Below, in pieces: positions 12,475-20,401 of a stretch of DNA of 24,000 bases (its first letter is position 1; every line of letters starts with the position of its first letter). The translations under genes and the position numbers were made by a program. The notes under the pieces were generated by a model. The model saw only the letters and a list, made by a program, of their open reading frames with translations, was not told the DNA's origin and made no database searches. Source of the stretch: Butyricicoccus pullicaecorum DSM 23266. GTDB taxonomy: Bacteria > Bacillota > Clostridia > Oscillospirales > Butyricicoccaceae. Where the stretch lies: NCBI RefSeq assembly GCF_900167005.1, contig NZ_FUXW01000012.1:1-24000 (forward strand), read 5' to 3'.

Positions 12475-14199
12475 ATGAAAAACCATCAGTTACAGCATCG
12501 CCTGCTTAAATATTTTATTTTTGTGGCGATCGTGCCTGCCGTATGTATTGCACTGCTTTATTTCGGTATTACGCAAGCCGACACACGTGCGCGTCTGGAA
12601 CAAGACTGCAATCAACGTCTGACGCACGCGATGAATAAGATCGAGAACAAAGTGACTCAGCTCAATGAGTTTACCGGATGGATTTTCCGTCAAGAGGACT
12701 TACAAATGCTGCTTGCCCGCCCGGAAGCGCAGGCCAGTTGTTATGATGAAGTATTCCATCAGGCGGTACAGGAATTGCGGTCTCAATTTTCATATCGACC
12801 GGTCACACGGGGTATTCTGTCTCTGTTTTTAATCGGGGACAATGGGGTAGACATTCGAGCGGGCAGCGAGGCATCGCTCATCGATCCGAAGGATTTGACC
12901 GATCTTATCACTTGCAGTGACGCATGTGATACCTACTGGGGGTGTTTGACCGATAATCTAACTGCTTTCACCGACCATCCGCAGGTGCTTTTTTATCGCC
13001 ATCCAATGATCGATTCTGATACCGGCGCGCAGACCGGTTGGCTGGTGCTGTTGTTTTCCAGCGATCTGTTCCGGGACGAATGCGCTGATTTGTTGACCAA
13101 TGCTGAAAATCAGGTCATACTGTCCAATCAAAACGGCGGCACGCTGGCTTGTTTCGGTTCGCAGCAATCGCAGGAAACCCGACTGGAAGGCAATGTGGAG
13201 TCACTGTCTACTGGTTGGACATTGTCTGTGCAGATGAGCGCCGCAGCGCTGGGGGAACAACGACGGACTGCGCTGTGGATGACGGGCCTGATCTTTTTGG
13301 TGGCGCTCATTATGACGGCTATTTTGGCCTGGATGCTGTCGCGCAGTCTGGCTCGTCCAGTCGAACGCATGATGCAGACTGTGACCCGCATCTCACAGGG
13401 CGATTTTTCACGCAATCATCCGGTCGTGCTTGGCGGCACAAGCGAGATGGACACGCTGGAACGACATATTGGAGACATGGGAGACAGTATGGAGCGCCTG
13501 CTGCACATCCAGCTCGAGCGCGAGCAGGAAAAACGGGCACTGGAGATTCGGATGCTGCAAAACCAGCTCAATCCACATTTTCTGTACAACACACTCAATA
13601 CGATTAAGCTCATGGCGGCACTGCAAGGCAAGACTGCGATCCAGAACATGATCGAGGCGCTCGGCCGACTGCTGCGTGCCAATTTGTCAGCCGGAGAGGA
13701 ACAAATACGCCTGTCGCAGGAACTGGACATGCTGGACAGTTATTTGTACATCCAGAATACAGCCAAAAAGGGCGTTTTACATCTGGTGAAGGAGATTTCA
13801 GAGCCGGATGTGCTGGAATGCCTAGTGCCAAAGTTTCTGCTTCAGCCGGTGGCCGAAAACGCGATTGTGCACGGATTGGTACAAAATCCGTTGGGCGGGA
13901 CGATTACGCTATCGATTCAAGCTGTTGAGCATACGCTGCATTTGATTGTGTCTGACACCGGACAGGGGATGACACCAGAGACGTTGGATGCGCTGCGTCA
14001 TCGAATACGTGCTGCCGAACCGCCTCGCACTGACGGAAAACACGGTTTTGGTTTGTGGAGCACGGCGGCACGGCTGCGGCTGCAATATGATGATAAAGCG
14101 GGGATATCGATCGACAGTCGGGAAGGACACGGGACAACCGTGCATATTTGGCTGCCGGTACAGCGGGGAAGGAGGACACAGGATGCCAAAAAGGAATAA
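12475..14199 (+). CDS. Sensor histidine kinase, YesM/LytS-type (two TM segments, extracytoplasmic sensor domain, HAMP, His_kinase, HATPase)
   Basis: SD aggagg lies 7-8 nt upstream of ATG 12475; the listed start at 12412 lacks an SD. TM1 is LLKYFIFVAIVPAVCIALLYFGI, followed by a roughly 250-aa external region and TM2 LWMTGLIFLVALIMTAILAWML. A HAMP domain follows (RPVERMMQTVTRISQGDFS), then an H-box of the YesM/LytS type (LQNQLNPHFLYNTLNTI) and ATPase N/G boxes (ENAIVHG, SDTGQGM, GFGL). Confidence 0.9.
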   Translation: MKNHQLQHRLLKYFIFVAIVPAVCIALLYFGITQADTRARLEQDCNQRLTHAMNKIENKVTQLNEFTGWIFRQEDLQMLLARPEAQASCYDEVFHQAVQELRSQFSYRPVTRGILSLFLIGDNGVDIRAGSEASLIDPKDLTDLITCSDACDTYWGCLTDNLTAFTDHPQVLFYRHPMIDSDTGAQTGWLVLLFSSDLFRDECADLLTNAENQVILSNQNGGTLACFGSQQSQETRLEGNVESLSTGWTLSVQMSAAALGEQRRTALWMTGLIFLVALIMTAILAWMLSRSLARPVERMMQTVTRISQGDFSRNHPVVLGGTSEMDTLERHIGDMGDSMERLLHIQLEREQEKRALEIRMLQNQLNPHFLYNTLNTIKLMAALQGKTAIQNMIEALGRLLRANLSAGEEQIRLSQELDMLDSYLYIQNTAKKGVLHLVKEISEPDVLECLVPKFLLQPVAENAIVHGLVQNPLGGTITLSIQAVEHTLHLIVSDTGQGMTPETLDALRHRIRAAEPPRTDGKHGFGLWSTAARLRLQYDDKAGISIDSREGHGTTVHIWLPVQRGRRTQDAKKE

Positions 14200-15799
14200 G
14201 CGAGTATTGCTGGTGGATGATGATGCTATGGTTCGCATCGGTCTGAAAACGTTGGTAGACTGGTCAGGGCACGGCTACCAGCTCATCGGTGAAGCGGAGA
14301 ACGGTGCGCAGGCGCTGAAAATCGCACGTCAGGAACAACCTGAAATTGTGATTACCGATATGAAAATGCCGGGAATGGATGGTGTTGCGCTTATCCGAGC
14401 CCTGCAAGAGATACAGCCGCCGCTGTATGTGGTCGCGCTAAGTGGTTACGATGATTTCCCACTGGTACGCGAGGCTATGAAGCAAGGTGCTAAGGATTAC
14501 CTGCTCAAGCTGGAACTGACACCTGAGACTTTGCTGCAAAGTTTGGCTGGTGCGCCTGATACACCGACCAATGATATACCTCAACCAGACCAAACTATGC
14601 TGCGCAGTCGAGTGCTGCGTGATTTGGTTTTCCATTTTTATTTGAACGAGGACGACTTGGAAAAGCGCATTCGAGAAACTGGGATTTGTTGGACTGGGGA
14701 GACCGTTTATTGTCTGCTGCTCAAAGCCGGAGAATTGTTTCGATTTGAAGAGGCCACCGAGGAGGAATGCCACACTTTGCTGTTCTCTATCCGCAACATT
14801 GCGGAGGAAATTGTGGGAGCTTGTCTGGATACGGTCAGCACCGAGGGCAAGACCGGAGAGCTGTATATTTTAGGTGCATTGCGGCCTGAACTGACAGGAC
14901 AGGATGCCGACGCGTTGGTCGAACAGACTGCCCATCGTCTGCATGATATGCTTCAGCAGTATGTTGATGTTTCGTGTACGATTGGAATCGGACAGGGCGA
15001 GAATACAGCTGGTGGTATGGCAGAGGCGTGTAACCGGGCGGCGGATGCCATGCGCAGCCGGTTTTATCGGCTGAACGATCCGGTCATCTGGTGGCAGGCC
15101 GATCTTTGTCCACAGACCGAACCAGAGACTTTTTCTACAGCCGAAGCCCGCAGGCTGCTCGCTGAGGGGATTTCTTCGCTGTCGGCTGAGACTGTCGATG
15201 AGGCTATCGATCTGGTGCAGAAAGCAGCTGCGCGTCAGCATTGGACACAGCGCAACGCCTATGCGGTCGCCTTTGCACTGGCGGTCACGGTGCAAGACTG
15301 TCTGGAAGCGTATGGATTCGATATTCCGTCCCAAATGCCGCGCAGTCATGGCGATCTGCTGCGCTGGATGGATTTACACCATATGGGAGATGTCCGTGAT
15401 TGGCTGGAACGACTGCGTCAGGATCTGCTCGAGTACATTCAGAAGGAACGTGCGGACGGCAAACAGGCGGTGGTGCGACGTGCACAGGATATCCTTACGC
15501 AGCGTTTTGGTGGAGAAATTACTCTGCCGGAGTTGGCTGAACAGTTGGATTTAACACCGGGATATTTAAGTGCGCTGATGAAGAAGTATACCGGAAAGAC
15601 CTTTTCCGAGTATCTGACCTATTTGCGCATTGAGCAGGCCAAAAAGCTGCTGCGTGAGACCAATGATAAGATCTATGCGGTGGCAGTAGCGGTCGGATAT
15701 GAAGATGCATTTTATTTCAGTCGCATTTTTAAGCGTGAGACCGGAATGACGCCGGGAGATTGGCGGAAAAGGGCAGAGCAGAGGGGAGATGCCCTATGA
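14183..15799 (+). CDS. Response regulator with REC domain and AraC-type HTH output (YesN-like)
   Basis: SD ggaaggagg precedes ATG 14183, and the gene overlaps the kinase 3' end by 17 nt. REC motifs are present (VLLVDDD, ITDMKMPGMDG, the phospho-acceptor Asp context). A long linker domain follows, then a C-terminal AraC HTH (LAEQLDLTPGYLSALMKKYTGKTFSEYL ... AVAVGYEDAFYFSRIFKRETGMTPGDWRK). Confidence 0.9.
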   Translation: MPKRNKRVLLVDDDAMVRIGLKTLVDWSGHGYQLIGEAENGAQALKIARQEQPEIVITDMKMPGMDGVALIRALQEIQPPLYVVALSGYDDFPLVREAMKQGAKDYLLKLELTPETLLQSLAGAPDTPTNDIPQPDQTMLRSRVLRDLVFHFYLNEDDLEKRIRETGICWTGETVYCLLLKAGELFRFEEATEEECHTLLFSIRNIAEEIVGACLDTVSTEGKTGELYILGALRPELTGQDADALVEQTAHRLHDMLQQYVDVSCTIGIGQGENTAGGMAEACNRAADAMRSRFYRLNDPVIWWQADLCPQTEPETFSTAEARRLLAEGISSLSAETVDEAIDLVQKAAARQHWTQRNAYAVAFALAVTVQDCLEAYGFDIPSQMPRSHGDLLRWMDLHHMGDVRDWLERLRQDLLEYIQKERADGKQAVVRRAQDILTQRFGGEITLPELAEQLDLTPGYLSALMKKYTGKTFSEYLTYLRIEQAKKLLRETNDKIYAVAVAVGYEDAFYFSRIFKRETGMTPGDWRKRAEQRGDAL

Positions 15800-17079
15800 A
15801 ACGACGTATAACGGTGATTTTTCTGCTCTGTGTGCTGACGATTGGAGTGACGGCTGTTTATCTGTTGCCTCAAAAGAGAACGGAGGACGACCAAACCGTC
15901 CATACGCTGCGTGTCGCGCTGTGGGATTACGGCACGGTCAGTTATGACCGCCGTATCATCGAGCAATTCACCCAAGAATATCCCAATATTCAGGTTGAAG
16001 TGGTCAGCTGCTCGCCTGAGTATTATGACAGCAGTCTCGAATCCATGCTGGACAGCGGAGAACGGTTGGATGTGATCTTTGTCAATCAGCTTCCGCAGCT
16101 TGCCAAGTTGATTGCACGAGATATCGCATTGCCGCTGGATGATTATGTCGAGCGGGACGTGATTGATCTGGACGTTTATCCCGACACCGATGTTCTGCGC
16201 GATCCGGATACCGGTGCCTTAATGGGATTGCCGTATCGCCAAGATAAATTTGTGCTCTATTACAACAAGGATTTGTTTGAACAAACTGGATGTAGCATCC
16301 CGGAAAACGGCATGACTTGGGAGAAATTTGCCGATCTGGCGCAGACGCTGACTGAACGGCTGCAAAAGACACAGGCGAATCGGTGGGGCGCGACGCTGAT
16401 TTTGGAGCCGAAGCATATTTTATATTATATGAGCCAGCATGCATTTGACTGGTCACAGGATGATTTTCAAAATTTAGCAGCGGGATTACAGTTATGGCTG
16501 GACATGCAGGATAGCGGCGGCGTTGCGGATATTGTAGGCAATCAGATGCGCTTGGATTCGCAGCGTATGTTTGAAACCGGGCGGTATGCAATGTTTATAC
16601 AGGGAAGCTGGTATATGAACTTCTTGCATATGGATGCCCAAAGTGGTCAGCTGGATTTTTCGTGGGGTGTGATCGAACGACCGGTTTGGTCGGAGGAACA
16701 GCCCAATGAGAATGATGCTTGGATCACACCGCTTATCATACACCGCGACACGACTGAACCCGAAGCGGCTTGGACATTCTTAAAGTTTGTGTGCGGAAAG
16801 CAAGGTGCGGAGATCCTGACAGATGAATGGATTTTACCAGCTTATCAGGATGCCGACATTAGGGCGCAGCTGCGTCGAAATATGCAGGCAGAAGGTATTG
16901 ATGCAGATATTTTTTTAGAAGGTTTGTCCGATCCGCGGCCCCTGCCAACTCAGCAGGAGCTTGCGCTTTCCGAGCAAATTTATGAACTGTATCGGCGGGT
17001 GTTGCTTGGATTGGATACAGTGTCGGAAGGCATCGAAAAGATGGAGCAGACCCGACAAAATTGGAAAAATGCAGGCTAG
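15796..17079 (+). CDS. Extracellular solute-binding protein, family 1 (carbohydrate type); no adjacent permease genes
   Basis: ATG 15796 overlaps the regulator stop (ATGA). The N-terminal hydrophobic anchor is MKRRITVIFLLCVLTIGVTAVYLL. The rest has the general pattern of sugar-type ABC binding proteins (LRVALWDYG...YPNIQVEVV...GERLDVIFVN...LPLDDYV...YRQDKFVLYYNKDLF). The family call is by pattern only. Confidence 0.75.
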   Translation: MKRRITVIFLLCVLTIGVTAVYLLPQKRTEDDQTVHTLRVALWDYGTVSYDRRIIEQFTQEYPNIQVEVVSCSPEYYDSSLESMLDSGERLDVIFVNQLPQLAKLIARDIALPLDDYVERDVIDLDVYPDTDVLRDPDTGALMGLPYRQDKFVLYYNKDLFEQTGCSIPENGMTWEKFADLAQTLTERLQKTQANRWGATLILEPKHILYYMSQHAFDWSQDDFQNLAAGLQLWLDMQDSGGVADIVGNQMRLDSQRMFETGRYAMFIQGSWYMNFLHMDAQSGQLDFSWGVIERPVWSEEQPNENDAWITPLIIHRDTTEPEAAWTFLKFVCGKQGAEILTDEWILPAYQDADIRAQLRRNMQAEGIDADIFLEGLSDPRPLPTQQELALSEQIYELYRRVLLGLDTVSEGIEKMEQTRQNWKNAG

Positions 17080-17183
17080 TGTGGATTTGTACAAAAAATC
17101 GTTTGATTCTCCATGTTCTTGTTCCAGCCTTTCCCGTATACTGAAATCAGCATCTAAGGATGCAGATGAAAGGAGGATTTCTC

Positions 17184-19544
17184 ATGAAGAAGGGCTGGAA
17201 ACGAGTAGGAGCGGTTGTTCTGACTGCTTCAATGTTAGTTACAGTGGCAAGCGCTGCGGCACAATATGGAGCGGTGGACCCCAATGATCCGTATGCGCCG
17301 CCGGTCAGCGGTATGTTCCACGAGCAAAAGATCAATGCCGATGGCTTAGTCGGACAGTACAGCGTATATATTCCGGAAAATTTTGAGCCGTGCACCGATG
17401 GCGTGATGATTTTGACTCCGGATGGCATGACGGCTAAGAGTTTTGTGGAAAGTGAAGAAGGACAGGCGTGGAAGGCTCTTTCAGACGAGCTGGGTATCGC
17501 GACCGTCTATGTAGAGCCGCAGGATGGACAGACTTGGAATCTCGATCTATCGGACGACGATCGTGACGATCAGGCGTTCTTAAAGAAAGTTTACGATACT
17601 ATCCGCAGTAAGTCTCAGACATTGGATGCGCCGTTTGACATGGATGAGCGTGCGTTTTATCTGGTTGGATATGAAGAAGGCGGTGCTTCTGCACACGAAT
17701 TTGCAATGGCATGGCCGGCAATCTTTGCGGGTGCAGCTTCGGTCGGCGGCAGTGCCGTACCGGAAAGTGCGATTGATACGCTGGGTGATGCGTTGAGTTA
17801 TCCGTTTGCAGAGGCAGATAGCTTGGCAGGACAACAGGAAAATGCGATTCCAAACTGCGATGTTCCGGTTCCCATGTGGATCGTTGAGTCAGAGGATGAA
17901 GCAGATAACAGTGATGCAGTGGAAGCTTACTGGGCTACGGCCAACGATGCTGAACAAACAAGTGCAAACTCGTATGCACAGACCGTATATGTCAGTGAAG
18001 AAAATGACCGGCAGCGCGTCTGGGTGACAGACGGCGCAAAGGCTGATGAGATGACACCAGAAGTTCTCTATGAAGAGTTTCTGTCTAAGGTGCAAAGATT
18101 TGTTGGCGATCCGGAAGGTCGTCTGGAGTGGACGGTCGAGCATACCAATGACGGAAAGACGGGATTTTTCACCTATGAGCAGATGATTGATGGCAAGCAG
18201 CGACGCTGGATGGTATATGTCCCCTCGTCTTATAACAGCAGTGAAGCAGTGCCGCTTGTAGTCGCGACGCATGGCTACTCCAGCGCAATGACTGCGTTTA
18301 CCGGAGATAGCCGCTGGCAGGATGTTGCAGAGGAAAACGGTTTCATTGTTGTGTTTACACAGGGATATCCGACTGATGGCGTCATGGGTAATATTCCAGT
18401 ACCGTATTGGAATAACCCGCTGATGGGCCTGACCGTCGAGGAACCGGTTGATGAACTGTCGTATTTTCGTCAAGTCGTTGCACAGGTTAAGGAAGACTAC
18501 ACGATTGACGCGACACGCGTTTATGCGACCGGACATTCCAACGGTTCTTGCATGACATGGCTGTTGGCACTGAAAGAAAGTAACTTGTTTACCGCATTTG
18601 CTCCCATTGGTTCCAATATGGGTGCTTATTATGAGACGATAAAGATGAATGATGTTGCTGTCCCAGTTTGGAATATGAAGGGTGAGTACGACAATGAAGA
18701 CGGTGCGTCGCTGGCAGAGGGCACGCTCAGTCATGATACCATTTCGTACTGGACGCAGGCCAATGGTGTAAGTGCAACAGCAGTCGAACAAACCGATGAA
18801 ACTGGCCGGTATGTGACGCAGGAATATCAGGATGCAGATGGTGTGCCGCTGGTTCGGTTCACGGAGGTCAAAAATTCTCCACATGCATATCTGCCTGCGC
18901 AAGCTGAGATGATCTGGGAAGACTTTTTCTCCAAATATAGCAAGAAGGACGGCGTTCTGTACTATGAAGGTAAGGCTGTCACAACGCCTGAGGCAGCACC
19001 GAGCGAGTTTACCGACATTGACGGTCATTGGGCACAGGATGCGATTGAGCAGGGCGTAAAGCAGGGCCTGTTCAGCGGAACTTCAGCTACACAGTTTAGC
19101 CCGGAGCAGACGGTAGATCGTGCAATGGCAGTCACAATCTTGGGCCGCAGTGCAGGCACTGCAGGGAACGCATCTGCTGCCGCAGCTTATACTGATGTAA
19201 GCGCGGATGCGTACTATGCACCGTATGTCGGTTGGGCAACTCAGCAGAGCATTACCAACGGCACTAGCCAGACGACTTTTGGACCGACTGAGGCGGTAAC
19301 GCGGGAACAGATGGCCGTTATGCTGAGCGCATATGTCAAGGCCCAGGGTAAGACACTGCCCGTAGCCAATGAAGCTGCAGCTTATGCGGATGATGCTTCG
19401 ATTAGCAGTTGGGCCAAGGACGCAGTTGCGCAGATGCAGACTTCGGGTATCATGACCGGTAAGGAAAACAATCAGTTTGACCCGGCAGGTGCAGTTACCC
19501 GTGCGGAACTGGCGGTTGTTATGCAGCGTATCGCAGCTTTGTGA
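17184..19544 (+). CDS. Secreted, SLH-anchored protein with two tandem PHB-depolymerase/feruloyl-esterase-family (alpha/beta hydrolase) domains
   Basis: SD aggagg lies 7 nt upstream of ATG 17184. The signal peptide is MKKGWKRVGAVVLTASMLVTVASAAAQ. Domain 1 resembles the esterase family, but the nucleophile elbow reads GYEEG (17667-17681). Domain 2 has an intact elbow, GHSNG (18531-18545), in the context RVYATGHSNGSCMTWLLAL. Three C-terminal SLH repeats span 19005-19541 (FTDIDGHWAQDAI..., YTDVSADAYYAPYV..., YADDASISSWAKDAV...). Confidence 0.8.
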   Translation: MKKGWKRVGAVVLTASMLVTVASAAAQYGAVDPNDPYAPPVSGMFHEQKINADGLVGQYSVYIPENFEPCTDGVMILTPDGMTAKSFVESEEGQAWKALSDELGIATVYVEPQDGQTWNLDLSDDDRDDQAFLKKVYDTIRSKSQTLDAPFDMDERAFYLVGYEEGGASAHEFAMAWPAIFAGAASVGGSAVPESAIDTLGDALSYPFAEADSLAGQQENAIPNCDVPVPMWIVESEDEADNSDAVEAYWATANDAEQTSANSYAQTVYVSEENDRQRVWVTDGAKADEMTPEVLYEEFLSKVQRFVGDPEGRLEWTVEHTNDGKTGFFTYEQMIDGKQRRWMVYVPSSYNSSEAVPLVVATHGYSSAMTAFTGDSRWQDVAEENGFIVVFTQGYPTDGVMGNIPVPYWNNPLMGLTVEEPVDELSYFRQVVAQVKEDYTIDATRVYATGHSNGSCMTWLLALKESNLFTAFAPIGSNMGAYYETIKMNDVAVPVWNMKGEYDNEDGASLAEGTLSHDTISYWTQANGVSATAVEQTDETGRYVTQEYQDADGVPLVRFTEVKNSPHAYLPAQAEMIWEDFFSKYSKKDGVLYYEGKAVTTPEAAPSEFTDIDGHWAQDAIEQGVKQGLFSGTSATQFSPEQTVDRAMAVTILGRSAGTAGNASAAAAYTDVSADAYYAPYVGWATQQSITNGTSQTTFGPTEAVTREQMAVMLSAYVKAQGKTLPVANEAAAYADDASISSWAKDAVAQMQTSGIMTGKENNQFDPAGAVTRAELAVVMQRIAAL

Positions 19545-19586
19545 TATCATACATCCCCCTTTTTTACATTCTGGATACCCTAGGTG

Positions 19587-19620
19587 AAACGGCGCTATAT
19601 TATAGCGCCGTTTTGCTTTT
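19587..19620 (+). terminator. Rho-independent terminator after the SLH-esterase gene
   Basis: The palindrome pairs aaacggcgctata (19587-19599) with tatagcgccgttt (19601-19613), followed by ttgctttt. It lies 43 nt after the stop at 19544. Confidence 0.8.
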
Positions 19621-19881
19621 GAGAGAGGTGTTAGGATAAATGGTTTATGGAGACATATGGGAATGAATCGGGTTATAGATCCGAGTGAATAGGTAAGTAC
19701 TGGAAAGAGGAGATGTAATAGCAGATGCTTTTGATAAGTTGTGAGTGGGGAAGATGGATTGGTACAGGCAACTAGACTTGTGTGAATGTGATTTCCTTGC
19801 AGATCTCGGCTGAATATGCTATCATTATATACAACGCTGTCAGGTGTTGGAATTGGCCTTGGCGGTACGAATGTATGGATC

Positions 19882-19913
19882 AAATGCTCTGCCGCATGGC
19901 AGAGCATTTTTTT
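19882..19913 (+). terminator. Orphan rho-independent terminator (no intact upstream gene)
   Basis: A perfect 12-bp stem pairs aaatgctctgcc (19882-19893) with ggcagagcattt (19898-19909) around the loop gcat. A T7 run extends to 19913. No credible ORF lies between the previous terminator (19620) and this one. Confidence 0.7.
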
Positions 19914-19973
19914 GTATACTCCGCCTCTGACGAATTATACAGAAGCCGCCTTTTAGGAGAAGATCAAGGATGA

Positions 19974-20301
19974 TTTGCGCAGGTGTACTTCCTGTTGCTT
20001 TTCGGCCAGCTTTATAAAAAGGCAGGCCTGGTTTTACCATTCAAGGATATAGCGGCTGCTGTGGAGCGAGGGCGTACAGGTTACTTCCACCTGATATGAT
20101 TCGCGTTTTACATCAGATACTTAGTTCGACACAAGAGATCAAAATTGGTCGCAAGCAGAATAAGACAAACTGGTTGATGAATTTCATTCTGGGATGAAGT
20201 TATCAGAAATAGCAAAAGAACACGAAAGAAGTCGTGGATCGATCGAAACCAAATTGGCGCACCTAGGTTTGCTTGAAAACGCTTACTATAACAGAAAATA
20301 G
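19974..20301 (+). pseudogene. Decayed remnants of a small HTH-type gene (two related modules in different frames, one with an in-frame stop)
   Basis: Frame 1 reads DQNWSQAE-stop(TAA 20161)-DKLVDEFHSGMKLSEIAKEHERSRGSIETKLAHLGLLENAYYNRK-stop. Frame 3 upstream reads ...LYKKAGLVLPFKDIAAAVERGRTGYFHLI-stop. Both contain an (E/D)IA-x3-4-R-x-R-G pattern typical of short HTH modules. There is no usable start codon or SD. Confidence 0.3.
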
Positions 20302-20401
20302 AGTTGATCTATATGCTTATCTACTACTTTATCGCCGGAAATGGTCTAAAGATTTGTTCTGTGACTGATTCTGGACTTTACAGATGGAGGGTACCATCTA
20401 A

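Noticed and set aside
17080-17183. Direct repeat tgttc-t-tgttc (about 17114-17125) upstream of the esterase gene, as a possible binding site for the AraC-type response regulator.
   Set aside because: The repeat is only 5 nt, so it is easily a chance match, and no second half-site pattern is evident. I kept it only as a remark under the esterase finding.
19845-19913. Possible T-box leader: aattggccttggcggtacg loosely resembles the T-box AAUUAGGGUGGUACCGCG and is followed by a terminator.
   Set aside because: The match is poor and gapped. The upstream 200 nt are almost devoid of C, so they cannot form the Stem I/II/III helices. No aminoacyl-tRNA synthetase or amino-acid gene follows.
20273-20287. 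ttgaaaacgcttact fits the degenerate catabolite-responsive element consensus WTGNAANCGNWNNCW. It lies about 115 nt upstream of mcrB.
   Set aside because: With 7 fixed and 3 two-fold positions, roughly 0.4 chance matches are expected in 24 kb on both strands. It lies inside decayed gene debris, not at a recognisable promoter. I found no comparable site at the bgl promoter, where a cre would make biological sense.
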